DNA of 64,000 nt. Origin: Planctomycetota bacterium (GTDB lineage Bacteria; Planctomycetota; GCA-002687715; CAIWVZ01). This document shows, piece after piece, positions 43,121-51,227 of the stretch. Within the stretch, counting starts at the first letter, position 1. Every line of letters begins with the position of its first letter. The stretch covers positions 544,001 to 608,000 of the forward strand of contig JBGANV010000001.1 of NCBI GenBank assembly GCA_044222185.1, given 5' to 3'. A program made the position numbers and the translations under genes. The notes beneath the pieces are model-generated. The model searched no databases. It was given only the letters and a program-made list of their open reading frames with translations, and was not told where the DNA came from.

Positions 43121-44152
43121 ATGCCGGAGAAGGTGACCAAGCGCGAGCGGGTGATGAACCTGCTCGCCCTGCTCTTCGCATCGCGGCGTCCGATTCCGTT
43201 CTCGGAGATCGCCGGGCGAGTCATCGGCTATGACGACAAGGCTCCGTTCGAAACGCTGGAGAAACGGTTCGATCGGGATCGAGCGGAACTCCGCGCCATC
43301 GGCGTCTCAATCGATTACGTGGGCTCGATCGAGGGTGGGCCCGGCGGGTACGTCGTCCGCCGCGACGAGGTCTTCAATCGCCCGATCACTCTCGACCCGG
43401 ACGAGTCGGCGCTCCTGGCGATCGCCGGTCGTGTGGGTGCCGCCGCGGTCGGCGACGGAACGTTGCACGAGGCCCTGAAGGGGGCGCTGCGCAAGCTCGC
43501 AGTCGACGTCCCACACGCCGATGCCGCCGCCGAGGCGCACCAGGTCACGGTGTTGCGGGCGCAGAGCGGCGACCCCCGATCGAGGGACCTCGTGGCCGCC
43601 CTGGCGGAGGCCATCGGGCAGGAGCGGCGTCAGCGCTTCTCCTACCTGGGCTGGAACGACGACCGCGAGAAGGTCCGGACCGTCAGCCCCTACGGGCTCG
43701 GCATGTTCCGCGGGGCCTGGTACCTGGTCGGCCACGATCACGACCGGAATGCCATCCGGTGCTTCAAGCTGTCCCGTTTCCGAAGCGGGTCCGCGGACGA
43801 CGCCGGAGCCGGGCGGCCTGCGGACGCGATCCCCGAGGACTTCGTGATCACCGATCACATCCCGACGGAGGCGGATGCGCCGTGTGCCAAGCCCGTGCGC
43901 GTGACCGTGCTCCTGCGCGGGCACCCCGATCGAGCGAATCTCCTCCCGGGCAAGGTGCACGGCGTCGAGGCACATCCGGACGGCACGGCCACTGCGGTGA
44001 TCGAGACCGCTCGCCCGTGGGCGCTGCTTTCGGCTGCGCTTTCATCATTCGGAGACGTCGTGATCCAGGAGCCGCCGGACCTCCGAGAGGCCGTTCGTCG
44101 GGCGGCAGCCGCACGGCTTGGCTTTCACGGCGTCGAGGCCGGCGTCTCATGA
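43121..44152 (+). CDS. WYL-domain transcription factor, PafB-like
   Basis: ERVMNLL...GY...KRFDRDR.ELR.IG wHTH; SPYGL...GAWYLVGHD.DR.AIR.FKLSR. Confidence 0.88.
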   Translation: MPEKVTKRERVMNLLALLFASRRPIPFSEIAGRVIGYDDKAPFETLEKRFDRDRAELRAIGVSIDYVGSIEGGPGGYVVRRDEVFNRPITLDPDESALLAIAGRVGAAAVGDGTLHEALKGALRKLAVDVPHADAAAEAHQVTVLRAQSGDPRSRDLVAALAEAIGQERRQRFSYLGWNDDREKVRTVSPYGLGMFRGAWYLVGHDHDRNAIRCFKLSRFRSGSADDAGAGRPADAIPEDFVITDHIPTEADAPCAKPVRVTVLLRGHPDRANLLPGKVHGVEAHPDGTATAVIETARPWALLSAALSSFGDVVIQEPPDLREAVRRAAAARLGFHGVEAGVS

Positions 44153-45153
44153 GCGAGATTCAAAGAGACGTGACCCGATGCCTGGCCCTGGTGACCCTGG
44201 CGCGGCAGTTCCCCGGCATCACCGTCGCCGAGCTGGCGCGTCGGGCCCACGTGCCGGAGGACCAGGTCCGTGAGGATCTCTTCTCGACGTTGCTCATGTG
44301 CGGCGTTCCGCCGTACTTCCCCCACGACTACGTCTCGTGCACGCTCGAGGGCGATCGTGTCACGGTGCACTTCGCCGATCAGTTCAAGCGCCCGATCAGC
44401 CTGACGGCCCTCGAGGCGCTGAGCTTGAAGATCGCGCTCGAAAGCCTTTCGCTGCCGGGGCAGGGACTGCCGCCGGCCGCACGTCGGCTCCTCACGAAGA
44501 TCGAGAACGCCATGGCGCCCCGCCAGCGGGCCAGCTTCCGCGCCATGGCGAGGCGCGTCGCCGCCGACATGGCCCGGCAGCAGGCGCCCGCCGTCGTCTC
44601 CCGCCTTCAATCGGCCATCGACACTCGCAACGAGATCGAGGTCGACTACTTCGCCCCAGGGCGGGAGGAGGCCGGCCGGCGCCGGATCGAGCCGCTGGGC
44701 CTCTACTCTCGGTGGGGCCGCTGGTATCTGGCGGCGCACGACGTCCAGAAGGACCGGACCATGTCCCTGCGCGTCGACCGCATTCTCTCGCTGATCGAGA
44801 CGGATCGGCGGTTTCGCGCCCGCAGCGGGTTCGACCTCGCCCGATACGTCGAGCAGGAGTCACTCCCCGCCGCCGGGGAACACGCGCACGCGCGCATCCG
44901 GCTTCTCGGGCACTCGGCGCGTTGGATGCGGGAGATCGCCGAAGGCGGCACGCTCGAGGAAACTCCCGACGGCGTCCGCTGGACTACGACCTTCGCCAGA
45001 CCGCGCGCCTTCGCCTCGTTTCTTCTCGGACTGGGCGCCGAGTTCGTCGTCGAGGAGCCGGCGGAGCTGAGGGACGCGGTGCTCGACGCGCTCCGCGCCG
45101 CACAGCGGACTCACGCCGCGTCCACAAGGTCCTCGACACAAGGGATGGGCTGA
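44149..45153 (+). CDS. WYL-domain transcription factor, PafC-like
   Basis: LLMCGVPPYFPHDYV (PafC-type MCG.P.Y.P.D), RP..LT..EA, WYLAAHD...LRVDRI; ATGA overlap with the PafB-like gene. Confidence 0.88.
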   Translation: MSEIQRDVTRCLALVTLARQFPGITVAELARRAHVPEDQVREDLFSTLLMCGVPPYFPHDYVSCTLEGDRVTVHFADQFKRPISLTALEALSLKIALESLSLPGQGLPPAARRLLTKIENAMAPRQRASFRAMARRVAADMARQQAPAVVSRLQSAIDTRNEIEVDYFAPGREEAGRRRIEPLGLYSRWGRWYLAAHDVQKDRTMSLRVDRILSLIETDRRFRARSGFDLARYVEQESLPAAGEHAHARIRLLGHSARWMREIAEGGTLEETPDGVRWTTTFARPRAFASFLLGLGAEFVVEEPAELRDAVLDALRAAQRTHAASTRSSTQGMG

Positions 45154-45358
45154 GCGCGGGCGTCGAACGCAAGGGCTGGCGGTCCGAAGCCCCGCTCGCC
45201 CGAACGCGCGACCGGCGCCCAATCAGCCTGAAGGGCGCACCTTTTCACCGGGCGGGCTGGATCGCGGCAGCATTTCCCTGGGGTTGGCGTTCTACCTTCG
45301 GCGACCCAGAATCCACCGCGAATCCACAGTTGTTCTCCGTCTTGTGGGAGGTTGGAGC

Positions 45359-45387
45359 TTGACCACTACCGACCGGGGGCGTTTAAT
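45359..45387 (+). promoter_or_regulatory. Sigma70-like promoter
   Basis: TTGACC-N17-TTTAAT, 29 nt before ATG 45417. Confidence 0.6.
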
Positions 45388-45416
45388 CTCGCCCTCCCGC
45401 AGGGAAATCCAACCCG

Positions 45417-48284
45417 ATGCCACGCCGTCTTCTCACCGTCATCGTCGGAATCGCCGGACTGCTCGCCGCCGCCTGCCACGCCCAGGAGTGGAGCGACGAC
45501 GCGCGCTCGCTCCTCGGCGAAGGACGACACCAGTCGGCGCTGCGCGTCGTGCGGGCGCACCTCGAGGGCTCCCCGTCGGATCCCGTCGCGCTGCAGCTGG
45601 TCACGGAGATCGCAGAGAACCTGGGGAAGTACGAGGAGGCGGATGCCGCTGCCATCGCCTGGGTGAAGGCCGAACCGAAGTCGCGCGACGCGCGCCTCGT
45701 TCGCGTCCGGCAGCTCTTGCGAAGCGGTGACCGTGCCGGAGCCAGGGCACTGCTCGCGCCCCTGCTCGCTCCCGTCCCCACGCCTGCGGACGACACGGTC
45801 GGATGGGACTACGAAGCTACGGCGATCGAAGGAGAGGTCCTCGCCGATACGGGCAGGGACGCGGAGGCGGAGACGGTCTTCGACCGTCTCGTCGACGACG
45901 CCAAGCGCGTCATCGTGAAGGCGCCACGGGACCTGGAGGCGCTCGCTCGTGCGTATCGCTTCTTCGGTCGCAAGTCCGGGGTCAAGGCCGCCGAACGCGC
46001 GCTCGTCGAGGCCCAGAAGTCCAAGGACTGTCCGGCGACTGCCGACCTCTTGCTCGCCGAGCTGTACCTGGACCGGGAGTACCTCGAGGGTGATGCCGTC
46101 GAAGAGACGAAGGCTGCGCTGAAGAAGCGGCCGGGTTGGATCGCTGCCTGGCTGCTTCAGGGGGCCGCCGCGACCCGGTGGGGCAAGAACGATCTCGCGA
46201 CACAGGCCTTCGCGTCGGCTGACGACATCGACCCGGATCACCCCGAGTCGCTTCGCCGCAAGGCAGCCATGGACCTGTCGGACTTCCGCATCCAGGCCGC
46301 CGAGGAGAAGCTCGAAAAGGCGACGAAAGTCAATCCGGCGGACAAGGAGACACTGTCGCTCCAGGCGTGCGCGGCCTACATGCGCGGCGAATCGAAGCGC
46401 GTGGACGAGATTCGCGCCCGCGTTCTCGCCATCGACCCGACCTACGGACGGTTCTACCGAACGATCGGGTCGGTCATGAACGAGCGCCGCCGGTGGCCCG
46501 AGGCGCTCAATCTGCTGCAGGAGGCCGTGAAGCTCGATGCGAAGGACCCCGCTCTGTGGGACGACCTCGCCCGGTATGCCTTCTGCCTCGGTCACAACGA
46601 TCTTGCCCGCGATGCCGCCACCAAGGCGGACGAGGCGGATGCCTTCAGCCACCCCTGGCGCACCAACACGTGGACGCTGCTGGGGTCGATCAAGAAGAAC
46701 TACAAGGACTTCACCACCGAGAGGTTCGTCGCACGCCTGAAGGCCTCCGATGCGCCGGCGCTCGAACGACAGATCCTTCCGTTCCTCGAGAAGTCCTACG
46801 GGATCCTCACGAGGAAGTACGGGTACGTCCCGGACGGCACGGAGGGTGCCGGCAGCCGCCTGATCGTGGAGGCGTTCGCGCGGCACGAGGACTTCTCCGT
46901 CCGCACGCTGGGCTTCAAGGGCCTGGGTGCAACGGGGGTCTGCTTTGGCCCCTTCATCGCCATGCTGGCGCCCAACGCCATGAAGCCGGGCGAGTTCTCG
47001 TGGGCTCGCACGTTCCATCACGAGTTCACGCACACCCTCACGCTCGGGTTGTCGAAGGGCCGCATTCCGCGATGGCTGACGGAGGGACTGAGCACCTACG
47101 AAGAGGCCCAGTTCGACCCGTCCTGGACGCGCGGGATGGACCGCGAGCTGTTCGACGCATACCACACGGGCGAACTGCTCAAGATCGTGGACTTCGACGC
47201 CGCGTTCCGGACTCCGCGAATCATCTACGCCTACTACCAGGGCGGGCTCGAGAGCGAGTACCTGGTCCGGACCTACGGGCTGGAGAAGGTCATCGAGTCG
47301 CTCCGGCTCTATGCCGAGGACCGAGGCTACGACGACGTCTTCCGGCGCGCCTTCAACACGACGCCGGGGGAGGTGGACGAGGGGTTCCGGAAGTTCGTCG
47401 CCGAGCGCATCAAGCCCATGCGGATGCAGCCGCGTTGGAGCCCAGCGGCCCGGGAGCGACTGGAGAAGGCCCGCAAGGAGAAGCCGAACGATCCCGAATT
47501 GCTCGTGAGCCTCGCCTGGGCCCGCATGCAGGCCGGTGCCCTGGCCGACTCGGAGGCCCTCATCGCCGAGGCGCAGAAGAAAGGGATCGCGGACCCGCGG
47601 CTGAAACTCCTCGAGGCCCGCATCGCTCAGCGGATGGAACGCTCGGACCGAGCCAAGGCCCTCCTCGAAGAGCTGGCTGCCGCCAATCTGGAGGACTACG
47701 ATCTCCTCCGGGAACTCGCCACGCGCGAGGCGCGGGCGTCGAGGAACGAGGAGGCCATGAAGCTCCTGCGCCGCGCCATTGCCGCGTTCCCAACGAACGC
47801 CGATCGGGACTCCCCGCGGCTCCAATTGGCGAGGATGCTCCGAGGCGGCGGCGAGGCGCAGGCGTCCATCGACATGCTGGAAGAGCACCTCTCGTTCCAG
47901 CCCGAGGACCTTCAGAGCCGACGGGCCGTGCTCGACTACTACCGCGCGAAGGAGAATGACGACTCCGCCCTCGCGCATCTCGAAAAATGGGTCCTCATCG
48001 ACCCGCTCGATTCCGGAATCCACCTCCAGAGGGGGGAGATCTACCGGAAGCGAAACCAACTGGACGCCGCTGCGCTGGCTGCTCAATGCGCCATCGACAC
48101 GGCGAAGCAACCGGGCGCCGAAGCCGACGCCCGCGTGCTGTATGCGGAGGTCCTCGTGAAGCAGGACCGGCCGAAGGACGCGCGCTTCCAGCTCGAGGCC
48201 GCCTTGAAGGTCGCGCCTCAGCACGAGAAGGCCCGCGAAGCCCTCGACAAGCTCGGGGGTGCTGGAATGGGAGACGGTAGATGA
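45417..48284 (+). CDS. Exported TPR protein with central peptidase MA-like (gluzincin) domain
   Basis: Signal peptide; TPR arrays on both sides of HHEFTH...PRWLTEGLSTYEE. Confidence 0.85.
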   Translation: MPRRLLTVIVGIAGLLAAACHAQEWSDDARSLLGEGRHQSALRVVRAHLEGSPSDPVALQLVTEIAENLGKYEEADAAAIAWVKAEPKSRDARLVRVRQLLRSGDRAGARALLAPLLAPVPTPADDTVGWDYEATAIEGEVLADTGRDAEAETVFDRLVDDAKRVIVKAPRDLEALARAYRFFGRKSGVKAAERALVEAQKSKDCPATADLLLAELYLDREYLEGDAVEETKAALKKRPGWIAAWLLQGAAATRWGKNDLATQAFASADDIDPDHPESLRRKAAMDLSDFRIQAAEEKLEKATKVNPADKETLSLQACAAYMRGESKRVDEIRARVLAIDPTYGRFYRTIGSVMNERRRWPEALNLLQEAVKLDAKDPALWDDLARYAFCLGHNDLARDAATKADEADAFSHPWRTNTWTLLGSIKKNYKDFTTERFVARLKASDAPALERQILPFLEKSYGILTRKYGYVPDGTEGAGSRLIVEAFARHEDFSVRTLGFKGLGATGVCFGPFIAMLAPNAMKPGEFSWARTFHHEFTHTLTLGLSKGRIPRWLTEGLSTYEEAQFDPSWTRGMDRELFDAYHTGELLKIVDFDAAFRTPRIIYAYYQGGLESEYLVRTYGLEKVIESLRLYAEDRGYDDVFRRAFNTTPGEVDEGFRKFVAERIKPMRMQPRWSPAARERLEKARKEKPNDPELLVSLAWARMQAGALADSEALIAEAQKKGIADPRLKLLEARIAQRMERSDRAKALLEELAAANLEDYDLLRELATREARASRNEEAMKLLRRAIAAFPTNADRDSPRLQLARMLRGGGEAQASIDMLEEHLSFQPEDLQSRRAVLDYYRAKENDDSALAHLEKWVLIDPLDSGIHLQRGEIYRKRNQLDAAALAAQCAIDTAKQPGAEADARVLYAEVLVKQDRPKDARFQLEAALKVAPQHEKAREALDKLGGAGMGDGR

Positions 48285-49618
48285 TCGAAGTTCTCGTCGC
48301 GGAAACCTGGGACCGCGTGCGCGACGTGCTCCAGCGGGAACTCGGACCAAAGGTGTTCGAGTTGTGGTTCGGGCAGGCGCGCGTGATCCAGCTCCGCCGA
48401 GGCGTGATGTCGGTCGGCTTGCCGAACGACTTCGTTCGCGACTGGGTTCACGAGCATTATGGAGCGCTGTTGACGCGGCTTGCGTCCGACGCCGTCGGAT
48501 CCGAGATCCGCGTCGACCTCCTCGTCGATCCCGAGCTGACTCAACGGCTCCGTGAGCAGGCGACAGCGCACGTCGAGAACGAGGACGCAGAGCCCGTCGA
48601 CCCGACGGAAGGGAAGACCTTCGACAGTTTCGTCGTGACGGCCGGGGCCGAGCTCGCGGTTCGCGCGCTTCGCCACGTCGCCAAGCGCGCGCGGCCGGAT
48701 CTGAATCCACTCCTCGTCGTGGGACCGGAAGGCGTGGGCAAATCGCACCTCGCCTCCGCGGTCGTGTCGGCGTTCCCCCGACCGAGTCGAACGTTCCGTA
48801 TCGGCGGCGAGGAGTTCGCGCGTCGGTTCTCGTGGCACCTGAAGACGCGACGCATCGATGAACTTCGCAACCGGATCATCGGGAGCGACCTCGTGATCTT
48901 CGAGGACATGCAGGCACTCTCGGGCAAGGTGGCGACACAGCGCGAGATCTCCATGCTGGTGCAGAGTCTCGTGGCGCGTCGAAGCCAGGTCGTGCTCGTC
49001 TCCCGCGAGCATCCGGCGGAACTCGTGAGCCTGGAGCCCGGGCTCCATTCCGTGGTGATGTCGGGCATGATGGTCGAGGTGGCGCCGCCCTCGCGAGACG
49101 AGAAGGTGGCGATCCTCGAGCACATCTTCACGCAGGCGCATCGACGCGTGCCCCGCTCGGTGGTTGAACTCGTCGTCGACCGCCTGGATTCGAGCGTGAA
49201 ACGCCTCGATCGGGAGATCCGCAAGATCTACGCGTTCGCGGGACTCACGGGCGATGCGGTGACCGCCGATTGGCTCGATCGCCATGGACCGGCGTTGTCC
49301 GGACCGACGGACCCGGACCAGCGGCGATTCGAGACGATCCTTCGGGCAGTTCTCGACCACTTCGAGGTCGAGCGCGAAGCCCTCCTGTCCAAGCGGAAGA
49401 CGAAGTCGCTGGGCGTTCCGCGAGGCATGGTCGTCCACCTCCTGCGAGAACAGGCGGGGCTGACCTTCAAGGAGATCGGCCGGCTCCTCGGTGAGCGGAG
49501 CCACACCTCGGTCTACCTGCTGCACCAGAAGTTCGAGACCCGACTCACGGGCGAGCCCAAGCTCCAGCAATTTGCCAGGGAAGTGGGGCGCATGCTGGTG
49601 ACGGCGGGCACCGGCTGA
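48281..49618 (+). CDS. Divergent DnaA-like protein
   Basis: Domain I (W..V...L....FELWF...PNDF..DWV), TFDSFV, NPL, GPEGVGKSHL, domain IV (R....PR....L.R......KEIG..LG.R.H.SV); ATGA overlap. Confidence 0.85.
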   Translation: MIEVLVAETWDRVRDVLQRELGPKVFELWFGQARVIQLRRGVMSVGLPNDFVRDWVHEHYGALLTRLASDAVGSEIRVDLLVDPELTQRLREQATAHVENEDAEPVDPTEGKTFDSFVVTAGAELAVRALRHVAKRARPDLNPLLVVGPEGVGKSHLASAVVSAFPRPSRTFRIGGEEFARRFSWHLKTRRIDELRNRIIGSDLVIFEDMQALSGKVATQREISMLVQSLVARRSQVVLVSREHPAELVSLEPGLHSVVMSGMMVEVAPPSRDEKVAILEHIFTQAHRRVPRSVVELVVDRLDSSVKRLDREIRKIYAFAGLTGDAVTADWLDRHGPALSGPTDPDQRRFETILRAVLDHFEVEREALLSKRKTKSLGVPRGMVVHLLREQAGLTFKEIGRLLGERSHTSVYLLHQKFETRLTGEPKLQQFAREVGRMLVTAGTG

Positions 49619-49631
49619 GTCACACTGTGGC

Positions 49632-50762
49632 GTGAACTCCGCCACCGAAACCGCCCGGCGCTTCCTGTCAGACGTCATCGGCCATGACGACGTGGCGGAA
49701 CGCCTGCGGCTCCTCGTGGAGCGCGACCGCGTTCCGAACGGCATCCTCTTCGTCGGCGAGGAGGGGAGAGGCAAGCGAACGGTCGCGCATGCGTTCGCGC
49801 GAGAGCTCCTGGCGCGCGCCGCTCCCGCGGGGGCACGTCCCCGCGCAGAACGGGATGCCCGGGCCGGCACGCACCCTGGACTCGTTCACGTCGAGCCGCT
49901 GCGCGAGGAGCGCTTTCTGCCCGTCCGGCGGGTCCGCCGGCTCCTCGAATCGTGCTCGTTGAGTGTCGCCTTCGGCGACTTGCGAGTCGTGATCCTGGCG
50001 CGGCTGCATCTCCTGAATGAGGAGTCGGGGAACGCGCTGCTGAAGTTCCTGGAGGAGCCGCCACCGAAGACTCTCATCCTGGCGACGGCGCGCGATCCCG
50101 GAAGCGTTCTGGAGACGATCCGCTCCAGGCTTCAACTCGTTTCCGTCGGACCTCTGACCGAGGCGGAGGTTGCGCGCGTGCTCGAGCGCGCCGCGTTCCC
50201 ACCCGCCGACGCGCCGCTCCTCGCGTATCTGAGCCGGGGCGCTCCAGGGAACGCCTGGCGATTCCACCGCGGTGACCTGGAGGCCAGCCTGCTCGATCCG
50301 CTGAAGCGGTTGTTCAGCGGAGAGAGTCCGTTCGCCTGGGCTGAAGACCTGGTCAAGCGGGCGAAGGAGGAGGGTGGCGCGTACGCAGAGAGCCGGAACG
50401 ACGTGGGGCCCGAGGCGGCCGTTCGCGCTCTGCGCGAGCTTCGTTCCGCGCAGGAGCAGGAACTGGAGGACGAGCGCCGCAGCGAGTCCGGTCTGGAGGC
50501 GGCCAGGAACTGGCTCCGTCCGATCGTCGAAGCCGCCGGCTGCGTCATCCAGGAGGCGGCACGGGTTGCCGCGGGCGTTCCCCGCGATCGGACGACGCTT
50601 GTCTCGCGTGTCCTCTCCGACGATCCCGCGATCTTGCGAAGAACCGTTTCGGCGCTCCGAGGTTCGATGTCCGATGTGGTCGAGTGCCTTGAAAACCTCG
50701 ATCGCAACCTTACCCTCAACCTCGTCTTGGAGCAGCTGGCGATGCGACTGGGCGAGCCATGA
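49632..50762 (+). CDS. holB: DNA polymerase III subunit delta'
   Basis: LFVG..G.GK, HPG, NALLKFLEEPP, LETIRSR. Confidence 0.85.
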   Translation: MNSATETARRFLSDVIGHDDVAERLRLLVERDRVPNGILFVGEEGRGKRTVAHAFARELLARAAPAGARPRAERDARAGTHPGLVHVEPLREERFLPVRRVRRLLESCSLSVAFGDLRVVILARLHLLNEESGNALLKFLEEPPPKTLILATARDPGSVLETIRSRLQLVSVGPLTEAEVARVLERAAFPPADAPLLAYLSRGAPGNAWRFHRGDLEASLLDPLKRLFSGESPFAWAEDLVKRAKEEGGAYAESRNDVGPEAAVRALRELRSAQEQELEDERRSESGLEAARNWLRPIVEAAGCVIQEAARVAAGVPRDRTTLVSRVLSDDPAILRRTVSALRGSMSDVVECLENLDRNLTLNLVLEQLAMRLGEP

Positions 50763-50801
50763 CTCGCGGTCGACGCGCCGAAGTAGACACCGGCTCGTGA
50801 C

Positions 50802-51185
50802 ATGACCCCCAACAATCAGGTCGTGCAGACGATCGAAACGCTTGCGCGTGAGCGAGGGAGGTTCTCGCCGCAGGCCTATTTCTTCGTCCTCGAAGCGCTC
50901 AACTTCACGCTCGAGCGCTTGCACGCCAAGGGCCACAAGGGACACATCACCGGACAGCAGCTCCTCGAGGGGATCCGAGATTTCGCGCAGAAGAATTTCG
51001 GGTTCCTCGGTCGGGCCGTCTTCGAGTCCTGGGGCCTCACGCGCTCCATCGACTTCGGAGACATCGTCTTCGACCTCGTGTCGGTGCAGCTCCTCAGCAA
51101 GCAGGAGACGGACACGCGCGACGACTTTGCCGGCGGGTTCGAGTTCGCCTCCGCGTTCGAGGCTCGCTACGTCTACGAAGAGTGA
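50802..51185 (+). CDS. Minf_1886-type conserved protein (Planctomycetota/Verrucomicrobiota)
   Basis: AY.FV.EAL, HITGQQLLEG, FG.L...V...WG....DFG.IVF.LV, D..DDF. Confidence 0.85.
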   Translation: MTPNNQVVQTIETLARERGRFSPQAYFFVLEALNFTLERLHAKGHKGHITGQQLLEGIRDFAQKNFGFLGRAVFESWGLTRSIDFGDIVFDLVSVQLLSKQETDTRDDFAGGFEFASAFEARYVYEE

Positions 51186-51227
51186 GCGGGCTTCGCGGAT
51201 CGGGTCGCGAAGCCCGAACCGGGCCGC

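Noticed and set aside
43121-48284. WYL pair as regulator of a defence island or CRISPR locus
   Set aside because: No cas, nuclease, restriction-modification or toxin genes and no repeat-spacer array were seen; signatures fit PafBC better.
45366-48710. Very long antisense ORFs (1114 aa here; also 16555..19302, 2338..4035, 23729..25630 and the 5' extension of 60808..63597)
   Set aside because: Shadow frames of high-GC genes. They lie opposite clearly recognisable proteins and have no motifs.
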